A stretch of DNA of 62,838 bases, filler included, from Choristocarpus tenellus KU-1152 (Eukaryota > Protista > Phaeophyceae): the NCBI GenBank assembly GCA_964200185.2. It is 10 parts of 10 records of this genome, joined end to end, with 100 filler letters (N's around TTAATTAATTAA, not from the genome) between each part and the next. Parts side by side here need not be neighbours in the genome. Positions count along the whole stretch, not along the records: positions 13,118 to 30,318 come from CAXNAD020000703.1; 9 more parts are not named here. The stretch is one strand, 5' to 3'. The number at the start of each line of letters is the position of its first letter. Position 1 is the first letter of the stretch. Below the pieces are notes generated by a model, which was not told the DNA's origin, searched no databases, and saw nothing but the letters and a program-made list of their open reading frames with translations. Of the stretch, positions 13,172 to 25,499 are shown one piece after another. The position numbers were made by a program, and so were the translations under genes.

Positions 13172-13817
13172 TTTCAGAAAAACTAGTTATCACCTACAAG
13201 ATGTCACATCACAAAATTGAACTGTTCACAGTTACCAAAGCTAATCCTAGCCCTAATCCTAACTCTATCCCTGACTCCTACCTCTTATTTTGAGTGCTAT
13301 GTGTTTGAAGCCTTTACTTCCATTTTGTGGATCCTTACCCTCAAGAGTTCATTTACCCAAACACCATCCACACTTTTTTGATACACTTGTCAGAAAAATG
13401 CTTAGATGTTGGTGCTGTGTGGACTTCCAAAGTGCCTAGAGAATGATTGTTGTGTACCAGCAGTGAAGAGTGGATACATGTTATTTTTATTTTTCTGGGA
13501 CTGATTCAAAGTATAGTGTATAGTATTAGCATGTATTGTTGCATATGTCGTAGATGCTGAACCAGTTGCTTCTCTTGCAAACTGTAGAATAGCAGGAGAT
13601 GTATTATTGCTGCAACATGTGGATTATTATCATGTGCTACTGTTGTTCTAGACCGACCTTGTTATTCTGAAATGAGAGACTTGGAACTGTCTAGGTTTCA
13701 GATTAAAATCTTGCTGTAGGTTGGTCTAAATGCCACCCTGCTCATACCATGTGAATCAGATGCTAGTCCTAACCCCAATGTGGAGTTTGTATGCACGCCC
13801 ACATTTTATTAACATTT

Positions 13818-13839
13818 TTAGGGTTAGGGTTAGGGTTAG
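13818..13839 (+). repeat. Interstitial (TTAGGG)3-4
   Basis: Read directly; a similar tract lies at 14608-14627. Confidence 0.9.
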
Positions 13840-15713
13840 TAACGAGTGAGACACAGTGAACTGGCAGCATGTAAACATTAACAGAATTACCGACTGCAGT
13901 ATATTCATGTCTTCACTGCGGGGAGCTGGAGACACCTGCCGGTTGGTCAGGAGGGAGGGGGTTTTGTCAGACTCCTGGTATTCTTCTCTCATTGTAGACT
14001 GCTTTCATGCTTTAGTAATTCGATCAAGCTATGCATCTTAACCTAGTTCTAGATAGAAGTAAAACCACCGTTATTAGGGAGATGTTTGTTGTAAGTAGAA
14101 GCTGGCTCTGGTGGGTTTTTGGGATCTTCCCCCTAACCCTAATCCCTGACATCATCCGCAAAGTGACAGTGGGGATGAAAGCATCCAGTATGCACACTAG
14201 ACATTGATACGTTTATCTGTGAATATCTTTGATTTTACGTTATTGATGACAGCATTCAAGACATAAATTGATACTTGTTTTGAGATATGTGGGTACAATG
14301 TGTACAGATATGATATGACAGAATCTCTATTAATATTTTTATTAAGTATTATGAACAAGTAATGGCATGCATCTGAGAGTACTTGTGGAACTACCTGATT
14401 GTGCTGACACTTTCAGCATCCATTAATGCATTATCTCATCGGGTATCGAGCATTTTCAGAGGTCGAGGACGGAGGATCAATTGCTTCTCCTTTTATGGTA
14501 GTGTGGGAGTAATTGTGTCCGCTCTTGTGAAGCAAAAATACACTGGCCAGTGGTTGATGCAATGATACTATGATTGATAAAATTGTATTTTTTTACAGTA
14601 CAGGAAAAGGGTTAGGGTTAGGGTTAGAAAAAGGAGACAATGCTGTGTAAAGTTACCTTTGTAACTTTACAGTCTCGCTGATCACCCTACCACATTAATC
14701 TTTTTGGGGAGGGAAATGAAATCTTTTTGATGAGGTTTTGAGTCAGAAACAGTGTGTAAGGTTTGACCCAAACTTTATTGTGCCATGGAGCTATCTTGGT
14801 GATCTCATTCAAGGCTGAAAGGTTAGGCAGGGACTTCATTGTTTGGTGTTGCAGGCATTCTGGGGGAGAGTTTGAGGGGGGTGGGATCTACGAGGAGGCA
14901 TCTGGATGGTGGGATGATACCCCCTTTTTGGCAAGTCTTTTATCAATTATGATATGGCATTGTTGTTGTTGTTGGTGACCTGGAATGCTGTTGAAATCAA
15001 CTCTGATGAGGCCTTTGCCAAAACTTGGCTAGAATATTGCTCTTGACTGAATCAATTTTGAGTGAAATTCTTGTTTAGTCTGTATGAAAGATTATTTATG
15101 TTGACATAGTCCTCATCCTCACCAAGGTCCAATTTTGCTTCTACAGGTGAGCCGTATTGGACCCATGCACCAGGCTGGAAGTGATAGTCTCCTCACAGAG
15201 CAGGCAAGTATGCTGAAAATGGTTTTTGGAATTTCATTTCAATAAATAATTATTGCATACTCTGAAGTAGAAGACGAGCAGTAAGACTTTCGTTGAGAAA
15301 AAAGTGCTTGTAGCTTGCAGTTTGCTTACGTGTTGTCAGGGCATACAGATTATTCACTGGTGTTCTGGATGATCCAGGGCACTAAATCTATAATGATCCA
15401 GGGCACTAATCACTGTAATGTATACATTGCACTCTCATCATATCCTGCGAACATTAAGAAGAGTGGTGAGTGACAAATTCCCATTGTATTTGAAGTAGTT
15501 TGTGAGCAATCAAGCACATCGTGTATATTGGGTTTACCTATGTGCATGAGGTTATGTGTGATGCAATCGTTTTTTTTAATGATTTGTTTGCATTGCTCAA
15601 GATAGCATGATTGCTGCTTGACTAGAAGGCAAGCCTAATCCTAGTCCTATCCGTCACTTCCTTTGCAATTTTGAAACTGTTCATTTTAAAACTCTTGCCA
15701 GGTTTTCCTTAAG

Positions 15714-16262
15714 ATGGCTGATGTGAGCTTCAATGGACTAGAAAACCTGGACAACACCAAGTATCGAGGTCACCTCTATGGCTATGGGGGTAACCAAGCA
15801 CTTTTCAGGAGGGGAACTCAAAAGAATAACCAGGCTGTTGGTGCAGGTGCAAATGGGGCCGTGGGTGGTGGTGGGGTGGTTGGCAATGGGGTAGCAGCTG
15901 CAAATGGGAATGGTAATGGCGGCGGAAACATTACTGGAGAACCTGACCCTGGTGACAATGAAAAAGACCTAACTGGAGTCAGTGAACCTAGCGGAGAGGG
16001 GGAAGCTGTCACAGAGGCGCTACTTAATAGAAATTTGGCTGGGAGGGGGGAAGCTGGTGGGGAAGCTACAGATGAGGGTGGGGTTGAGGGAGGCAGTAGT
16101 GGAAGGGTAGGGGAGGATGATGATGATGTGGGGTCTGACAGTGTGGGAACGCCTTCGGTAGGCACTACACCATCTGTTGGAGTGGCAGAGGATGTCCGGG
16201 GAGATGGGGCTGGAGGAGCGGGTGAAGGAGAGGGGGAAGAAGATTCTGGAGTGCAGTTCTAA
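15714..16262 (+). CDS. Gly/acidic low-complexity ORF of 182 aa, function unknown, possibly a transposon exon
   Basis: Stop-free ORF in otherwise stop-rich DNA, with a pyrimidine-rich CAG acceptor just upstream at about 15701. No domain recognised. Confidence 0.35.
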   Translation: MADVSFNGLENLDNTKYRGHLYGYGGNQALFRRGTQKNNQAVGAGANGAVGGGGVVGNGVAAANGNGNGGGNITGEPDPGDNEKDLTGVSEPSGEGEAVTEALLNRNLAGRGEAGGEATDEGGVEGGSSGRVGEDDDDVGSDSVGTPSVGTTPSVGVAEDVRGDGAGGAGEGEGEEDSGVQF

Positions 16263-17049
16263 AGGAAAGGAAGGTTAATTATATGCCCCTATGCTGAGGT
16301 TCAGTCGACAGGGAAGGGGTACAAGACAGAATACTATCCTCAGTAGAAGTGCAATCTGTTGGGTTGAGCACTTGAGGTGGGGTCCTTTTGCACCACGTTG
16401 GCTTCCTTGGCATGACTTGAGAAGTTTGCATTGCCGATGCTGATGACATCCATATTAACACCTGGTTTATAGTTTTTTTGCTTGGACAAACTTTTCGTTT
16501 TTTGCCCAGGGTGGTTTTATAGGGAAAGGTGAGATAATGAGTGTTGACATATTACGTTCAGGGTTGGTAAGTGAGAAATAAGTGCAGAGGATCTGACTTG
16601 ATGAGGTGTGGAGATTACCTTGAGGTGTGTCCAACTGCATCATGACATGCTGATGCTGTCTTTTTCTTGAGATCAAGAAGAAAGATGGCTTCAGTGGGAG
16701 TCTTCAAACACAAGGTCTGATCTTGTTTGCCTTAAGTCCCACACACTTCAGTTTGGATCATCTTGGAGAATTTGTACAGTCAGGACTGGGATGTAGCTAT
16801 GTTTGAGACTCTTATTACGAGCTCAGTCAGAGAGAGGTGTGGGTGTTTTTGCGCTATTGTCCCGACAGAAGGATCTAACCCTAACCCTTATATTTGAAAT
16901 CTCCTTCCTCCTGCCTCTTGTTTCTTACGCAATATTAAAGCTATGAGGATTTACGTCTGACTGGCATTACCCAACCAGAAATCATTTGTTCATGACTCAG
17001 GCATTGAATTTGTGTAAACATACTCCAAGGTCATCATGACTACAACACA

Positions 17050-18900
17050 GTTCCTAGTGTTTGTTTGCTTTCCAAATTGCTTGTTCATCTTAATGCTATT
17101 TTGTGTTTCTGTGAACCACCCTTGCTGCTAGGCTGGTAATTGAGGTCATCACATTTATTTAAGCGGTGCATAATTGCAAAGCATCCAAAATAGTACTCTG
17201 GAGTACATACGTAATACTTCCATCCATGGTGGTAGTCAAATTTCATCACCCCTTCACAGGATCGACGCATTTGTGGGGTGTGATAGAGAGCCACAGTAAT
17301 TGAGAAGTTAACAGACTGTATGCATTCTAAGCCATTTTTGCTACCCTGTGCACTACACTTTATTATTTACACAATAGTGTTAGGCAAAGTTGATATTCCC
17401 CCTTTCCATTAACAAAGTGAGACTGCAATTCAGCAAAGGCTCTTTCTGCAAATGTACAATACCTGTATTTTTCCATTTCTCAGGACACGAAGCACACCCC
17501 AAAATAGTACATTCAGACGTACAATAAAACAAGCATTCCACAATACCCCATACATAAATACATACCTCCTCCAAAATGAGGCATAAAAGAAAGGCACAAT
17601 AACAGCAACAATGATAAGTATCGCTTGTGTTTGTGTGTGTGTGGTGACAATACTACAAGCCCAATGTAGCCTGCTTTTCGTCACATAACACATTGCATGT
17701 GGTACCTGAGCCCCGCTCTATGCAGGTCATTTTTCCTCAAGGTCAAATATATGCCCAGAGTATTACACACGAATGTGTTCGCAAATTGTTCGGAAGGGTG
17801 GATATTATCTCATTTTGCAAAAAAAAAGGTGTTAATATAGCCCTCACGTACAGTTGGCTACACTTCCACTTGCACATGATAACACACGTATGCACTAAAA
17901 AGAACGTTAATATTTTCTCCTCTCCCCGATGGACTATAAATTCTCTCTGAGCCCTAACCCAGTTGCTAATATTGTATGTGATGTAATGATCTCCTCCTAA
18001 AAAGTCCCAAATGTCCATGTTTGTTCATCTTGTTCTATACATCCTAACGGCAATCACTATTCACACATGCCAGACAGTGTTTATACCTTAGATGCTAATT
18101 TCCTTCCCCCTCAAATTCATCCCTACTTATGTAATCCACTTCAGAGATATTGTGGTCAGGGCATCAAAAAATGGATGTGTGCGTTGACTCCGATCAGTCT
18201 AACCCTATCCAATACTGCCGACTATGACCACATGACACATCAAGGCTTGTGGAGAGGAGAATGTTGATTTGACTGTGCAGAAGAAGCAAGGGCGGAGCAA
18301 GTTGAATACATCTGGGTCAATGCGAATGTAAGGAGCTGCATGTGATAGGGCCATGTGGCCATCAATAAAGGCAGTCCCATGGCTCAACGACAACGCCAAG
18401 TTGGTACTTCTTGTCATTGTGTATCTTCTGAGTGGATGTGACTTTCTACCATCTATACAGGGGCTGCCCTTCCTCAACATGTTAGACTCCGTGATATGTG
18501 CACTTAGTGATCCATAGCTGTTCACAGATACGTTGGTGCACTATGATTCAGTTTCCTGACATCAGGTGGTGTGTGTGGAAGGTGTAAAGCTCTTGGCTGC
18601 GTGGCCTACATGAAGAACATAGGTGTGTTTAGAACTTTTGTACGATAATGCTCCAGGATTGCTTTGAGAGTACAATCCTAATTTTCAACACTTTGCAAAT
18701 GCTGCACGCACTGTCATTTGGATAATGCAAGAGACAGAAGCAAGCAAAGTTGTACTGCCTTTGAATCTTTGATTGATTTTCAAAACTAAGGGAGCAGATG
18801 CAGTTCTTGACTACTTCCAAGCTGCGTTAAATGACAGTATGCTCATGCCAACGTCCAATGGGAGGTGCTACTCCACAGATTGCGGCATTAAATATGTGGT
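17050..18900 (-). pseudogene. Probable KDZ (Kyakuja-Dileera-Zisupton)/CxC-type transposase relic
   Basis: Degraded motifs in the expected order on the minus strand: RIDPDVFNLLRPCFFC and VVIVGSIG (18205-18330), LGCASCPEK..GIVHL (about 17450-17500), MHTVC*LLNYC (like YDxACxLxxYC, about 17295-17330), FDYHHGWKYYVCTPEY..LN (like DxFHxxxHxxC..N, about 17155-17245). Confidence 0.45.
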
Positions 18901-19399
18901 GCTCACCAATGACAACATTGTGTTGCAGCTACTTGAGTTTGCCGCAAGGATTATGAATGGGAAGGTATAGACCCTCACATGTGACTGTCATCTTATCACC
19001 GCAAAGAATCACGGTTGTAGGTGAAAAGGTGGAAAGTTGGGGAAGTGGGTACTGCAAATTCCTTAGCTTGTATAAAAAGTCAGGTGTCTCCACTGGGGAG
19101 GAAGGAAATGTGACGGGGGGAACAATAGAGGCTGTTGCAGGGAGGCTAGGAACCTGGGAAGCCGGAAGGATGAACAGTGAATTATATCAGTCTTATAATA
19201 ATGACGAGAAGAGGCTTCTCAGGACACAAGCAGTGGCAATGAAGTTTTATTAACGGACTTCTGTTGGTGCAAGGTTAGGCAAGTTGCTGTATTTGTTATT
19301 TTGCCCAGACTTCATCATAGCACAAGCTAAAAAGGCATTCAATACAATGTGATGCAACAATAAAAACCCCACCAAGCATTGCCCTCAACTTGTGACTAA

Positions 19400-20400
19400 T
19401 CGAAAGTCCTAGCAATTCCTTATCTTAACTTTGACAACCACAAGTAAGTTGTACTGGAAACACAAAAGACACCGACCCGATTAAGGTACAAGACAAGCAT
19501 TGGTCAATGCTGCCGATCTATATTACGTCCCCATTTTCTACACATCTTCCGGTGTAATCCATCTGAAGTCATGAAGATGTGGGCAGCGAGATAGATACTT
19601 GAGTTAATTCACAATGACATCACAAACAGGCAATCTTGTATGAAACTCCACATGGATTTTCCATTTATCCACAAAGGTTCTTGTAAATACTTCACTATCC
19701 CATGAACAATTGCTCTTGCACCTGCTGCAAGCTCCACGTAATCCAAACAACTGCAAGGATACTGTGTCAGTCACCACATCACTGTCTCACATGCCTGACT
19801 TTATGATGTTCTCTTATTTGTCCATTGGCAATCTATAGGCCAAAATGAGTCAATATCTAAGAAATGTGTAACACTTCAAATGCAATGCTACACTTAGACT
19901 CAGACTCACTTTGATCAAACAGCACCACTGAAACAAATCACCACTGTGTGATCCTAGTTCCTCCGGAGGCTACATGGCATCAACCATACAACATTGTACT
20001 CAAAAGACAATTTCTATAACAAACCCCTCAAAGCAAAAATAACTTCTGTGGCATGGTACTAACGTCAACATGGGAACTATTGGGCTTTAAATATCATGCA
20101 CCAGTTACCATGATGAAAAAGAGTTAACATTGAGCTTAATGTATAGCATGGAGTATGAGGTTGACATTTGCAAATAATGACTTGAGTGTAGGGAGGGGCA
20201 GCCAATCTTGAAAATACATATTCATTACCGGCAACATACTTGGGGGATATTAATAACAATTGGAGCAATTTCTTGCCTGTGCAATCTGCAAAGTACCAGT
20301 GCTCACATTGGGATAATGGACACCAACACACAAGTCCATTCCAAACTCTAAAAGGTTGGATGCAACTTCAAATATTTAGACGTAAGATTTGTCTTGGCCA
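19400..20400 (+). mobile_element. Highly decayed LINE RT relic
   Basis: Weak motifs in order: PHGF, PDF, GNL*AKMSQYLRN, TYLGDINNN (like QxGF, DFxxAFD, WxxSYLxxR, KYLG). Confidence 0.3.
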
Positions 20401-21480
20401 ACAAGGAGCCAGTCCAGAGTGAATTTCCTCTCAGCAATGGTGCACTGTACATTCAAAGAAGACTCTACTTCAAAGGACATGAGCCCCATAGATGTAAACC
20501 CTTAATCAAACGCAACGGATAACGCTGTTTACACGACAAACAGGCCCAGACTGTAATTGGCGACACTATAACTCGTCCTTTTCTACATGCCAAGAGACCG
20601 CCACCAACGGACTAACGACTAACTCCCGATAGCTATTTCGATCACCTGGGTTTGGAGTCACTTCACGTTATCCATTGTCGTGCGACCGGTCATTTGTGAC
20701 GTCTGCTTGCTGCATAAACCGTCATCTAACCATGACCAAAGATCGTCCATTCCAAATGCCATATGTGTTGGGGAGTATTGCAGCAAACCAACAACTTCAC
20801 TTCGGATCTATACAAATGATGTAGGTATTTTCTATCTGAAGAGGTATTCCTATCGTTTTCCTGACCGAAAGGCTAGGTACTATCACATCGAATTCATCAC
20901 CACAAGAAGGCGCTCCAAAGAAACCCTTCACAGACCTCCCAAGTATCAGTACGAGGTCGATTGGGTGAATTCATCGTCTCACACGTGCTCAAAGTAAATC
21001 TCTTCACACTTTCTGACTGTCCTTCCCACCTTTACTGCAGAAAACTTGTCACACACACGGAAGAGAGGTTACCACTCCTTCCGACTGCCGCCAGTTGTTG
21101 GCCTAATAATTTTTCACCGCATTCATGGCACCAAAAAATATTGTTGTGATCTCCATCTTCTCTGTAGTGTGATTGATTGACATGCTTGCCACCTTCAACG
21201 TTCAAAATATGGTGTTCTGGATTGTACGTAGGTGATGAGGAATGGTTATACTTGACAATTAACAGCGATTAACTATTTAACGTCACTTCAGATCACAACC
21301 TCATCCTTTGAATCTTACATTAAGTATAACAACAAACTTCCTCTACACCAAAATTTGTTAAAAAAAACATCTAACCACTACTTTTTCCAACCACTATCAA
21401 GAACTTCCTACTAAAGATACAACAATACTATTTTTTTAATGTTCACCCCCTCCCAACTCAAATTTGGCTATACTTGATGT

Positions 21481-21628
21481 TTTTTGAAACGCACATATTA
21501 TGTGCGTTTCAAAAATTGGGATGGAGCTTTTCATTGAGGATGGGCTTGACCCAAAATTGACTGGGATAAAGTGTCGATATGTATTTTTTTTTAAATGAAA
21601 TGAAAAGCTCCATCCTCAATTTTTGAAA
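21481..21628. repeat. Perfect 17-bp-arm palindrome overlapping a ~29-bp inverted repeat pair (MITE-like)
   Basis: TTTTTGAAACGCACATA-T-TATGTGCGTTTCAAAAA at 21481-21515; TTTCAAAAATTGGGATGGAGCTTTTCATT pairs with AATGAAAAGCTCCATCCTCAATTTTTGAAA. Confidence 0.85.
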
Positions 21629-22812
21629 TCTGCTGTTATAAGCAAATACACTTCTGTTTGTTCGCGAGTTGAACTCTGGAACAGACTTCTAATTCCACAG
21701 GTTCATACTGCTGGGCTTTCCAAACAACAAACCTTGGCATTGGTTGTGATGGTGGAATAATGACAACAGTTCTGATCTGGGCGTCCATTATTGTTGATGC
21801 CGTTTTGGTTTTTCGATTCTTTGTCGTGGCTGACGCGATTTGGTCGATTGTAACTAAGAAAAATGGACTCGCTGCCAGGTTGATGATGTTTGGGAAGGAG
21901 GAGAGAAGCGATTCAATTTTCCAAAAGACAAGAAATTATTTACTGAAAAAGGGGAATTCTAAGAGTAGTGTGACGGTTTCAGCGACAAAACGAGATGGGG
22001 AAGTAGTCATCTCTACTCCTTCACCTGCTTCATGGAAGAAATGGGAAAAAAAGAAGACATCAGAGATGAAGAAACCGAGAGGGAAAGCGTCTACAATACC
22101 TCACACAAACAGGGATACGATTGGACATAAAAGATTCAGGTAAGATGTACGAATCGCTCTGTGACACATCTAAATAGTTCTACCCATAACATCCGCTGAT
22201 ATTTTGCGGGTGTTGTAAGGTGGGGAGAAAATTTGTGAAGAACACAAAAAATACAAGAACAGTGTGAAACAGGTGGAAGGTGGCAATCAAAAGGGTATAC
22301 AATTTATATAGAATAATTTGATTTATACAAGGCAAGGCCTTATATAAGGATACAGCATTGTATAAACTTGAATATTTTCCTTTATATTGAGAAAGAAATG
22401 TAGACCTGAGATCTGAGACCTGTACCACGCTCTAGGAATAAGAGGAAGATTCTCAACGTCGGTCAGGTGTCGCGTAGACCACTGACCCGGTCTTGTTCCA
22501 ATTCAGATTGTATCACAAAGCTTGTTTGGGGTATTAGTTGCGTCGTTAAAGGTATGTTTTGATACAGATGTTTCATCTCACCCCCTCCTCCATGAGTTTC
22601 CCTCCATCCCTTCACCTACCAAGAAAGTCGCTACCTTATCTATAATTGTTCTGCCTTTGTGATGAGACACTTGAAGCTTTTCACCAAGGTCTTGGGGACA
22701 AATTAAATGTGTTCCACTTCCTCTCCCCCCAAGTTCACAATCAGTGAAAGAAATAATAAGCCACAAAAAAACAACTCTCTATTGTATACAAAGCACAACA
22801 TTGGATATATAA

Positions 22813-23071
22813 GAGTCAAAGTATCTTAGAAGGTAGATCCGCGTCCGTTTAGGGGCTAAAACCCGATGTTGCAATTTTGATGTAATTCTGGCTATCATGT
22901 TTGTTAGGAAGTGCCAATATCCTTGTTCCGGATACACCTTTTCATAACATAAACATTTTACCTACTTCGAAACATTTCGGAGTAGGTAAAATGTCATAAA
23001 GAAACCATGGGAAGCAAAGCCCCAAACAAACAAACAGGGCAAAGCTCTTACCCTCTAAGATACTTTCACTC
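22813..23071. mobile_element. MITE family B, full copy, TSD TAA
   Basis: GAGTCAAAGTATCTTAGAAGGTAG ... TTACCCTCTAAGATACTTTCACTC; TAA on both flanks. Confidence 0.92.
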
Positions 23072-25278
23072 TAACCAAAGAGATTTTTTCTCCGCCTTGT
23101 ATCTACAGGATGCTCCATCTTATGTTGTTCTTACTGCACCTACTGGCTGGACTGGCGTCAACAATTAATCTACTAACAAGGGGTCTTGTAGACCCAGATG
23201 AATTTCATTCACTACTTCATGCACTTTTGCATACATTGAACAATGCAAGTACTTCTTGCCTGATGTTTTTTTTCCTGGCAAAGCTGGATGTGACCAGAGA
23301 TCAACACACTTCTCCCAGCGTCTTGGTTCAACACCAAGTGGTTGTAAACATCAATAAACTCTTGGGAATTGTCTTCTATCCGGGCATGGGCCTCTTCTAC
23401 TTCATCAGATTGTTTATTTTGGATGAACATGAGGTTGGATGGAAGTGTGTGATTTGAAAGAACTGGTAGGATCTTGAGCAACTTCTGAAACAACATACTC
23501 TGCCTTTTTTCCTTTGCGTATCAAGAAAATACCCTAGCTAGGTTACTATGAGTAACCTCCTTTGCATCTCGCCTACATCATCTGACCTTCTGTCACGTTT
23601 AATTCCTCATAGATTCTTGCTTGTTTTTGATCAAGTGTCAAGGTATCTAAAGCTGTGTTCTTTCCTCTTTTGTCATGAACCTTCCGGATGGTCCATATAG
23701 GAGGAGTCACACACCTCCCCCATGGAGCGACCCCCACTACAGCCCACGAACTTAGAGGAGGATCCAATAGAAGAAACACCAGAAGATATAGCAGCCGTTT
23801 TAGAAAAGGTTGGAGTTATTCTGGAGATTTTGCAGGTGGGTTCCTTGTAGAGTATTTGCACTTGCTTTCCCTATCACTAACACCTTTGGACTCCTTCCTT
23901 AGTGTTGTACTTCACAGACCCAAATCAATTTCGAGGTAGGCAGGGTTGCATTTAAAGGATCATAAGAAAAGGGAAATATGTCATTTTGTACAATTGTAGG
24001 AAGAGCCCCTGCTTAATCGTAGAGTCACTTTGTGAGTGAAAAAGGAGGATATCAATTTTATGTGCACAATTAGAGAAACGAAATAGAGTATACACACAGG
24101 GTAAGAACAATGGCTTAAAATGCAATAGGGTCCCAATCTGCCTACTTCTCTTTTGGTTTGTCTCAATAGGTAGGTAGTACAGCTTGTGACACCGGACCCC
24201 TGGAATGAGCTTGTGACAAATAGAGCGGCCTCATTCAGAGCTGCTATGCACAATATGAGTGTGAGCAGAACAATATACATACATACCTATGGCATGTTCG
24301 ATCTACAGACAGTAGGTCTACACGCAACTGCTTTTTCAGCCGGTAGTAAGTTGAGTATTTCTCCAATAGCCTATACATATCAATAGACTTCAATAGGAGG
24401 ATTTCTCATCACCAATCTCTCAAAGTGGCAGATACACTATAATTGAGCTATTCATACCCCATGCAGCTAGACTTCAATCTTTTTAACTCCAATTCACAGA
24501 GAAGGAGAAAGAATGTGCTGCAAATGATTGAAGCATAGGCTAACCTAGTTGACTCGTTATTGTCCAGGATCCTCCCCCGGTTGCGACCATCGTGTCTGAT
24601 GATACTGTCCACTCAGCATGACTATGTAGACATTCCAACACTGACAGGTGTGGATCTGTGACGTATGCAAAAACTTTTGATTGCGCTTCCTTCTGCAGAT
24701 AGGGTTAGGGTGTTCCTTTCCACGGACCGGTACAGGTGCATGACACACAAGTTCAATAAGTCAACGACCACTTGGCACATAGTTGAAACCTTTCCGTCCA
24801 CAAAACTGCAAGCCCCTTTACAGAGCATCCAAACTGAACTACGACACCACCATTGGTCTGTACTTCAGTGCACTCCGCCGTTCAATCAACGGGATTAAAG
24901 GTTATGCTGAGTGTATGATTCCCCTTATATATATATATAAATAAACATTTGGTACAGATTCTGTTCTTGGAACACTTTTATGGGAGATTCTGGGACTGCT
25001 CTGCACTGGTAGCATTTAAGAGACACAAGTCAGATTTGTTTGATGAATACTTTCTGCACACATGCATTGGCACCTGAGCAATGCGGTAAGGAGTATGGGA
25101 ACGAAGGTGCCTCACCTTAAGACCTAAGAAATTGGCTTATATAGCATCTTTGCCATTGTTCAATTAATACTATTTCTTACTAGCAGGCACTGGTATTTCT
25201 GAACAGTTATATTGTAAAAGAGTGGAAAGATACGGTTCTAGTGTATGTTTGATATATATATACCCTGCAAGTTGCATT

Positions 25279-25460
25279 GCTCAAAGTATCTGTCAGGGGG
25301 TGGCGGCTGACCATTTGGGGCCCATTTTTCCATGTCACATTTTTTTGGGTGATTTGGTTGTATGTGTCGGATGGATAATGTAAGCGCACTTTTCCTGGTC
25401 AGGGCCCAAATGGGCACCATGGTGTAGCCCCCCTCCCCACCCCCCCAGATACCTTTTGAG
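25279..25460. mobile_element. MITE family A, full copy
   Basis: GCTCAAAGTATCTG ... CAGATACCTTTTGAG; ATT on both flanks. Confidence 0.88.
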
Positions 25461-25499
25461 ATTGCGAAACGGCTGATACTGGGAATTGGATGTCAATGC

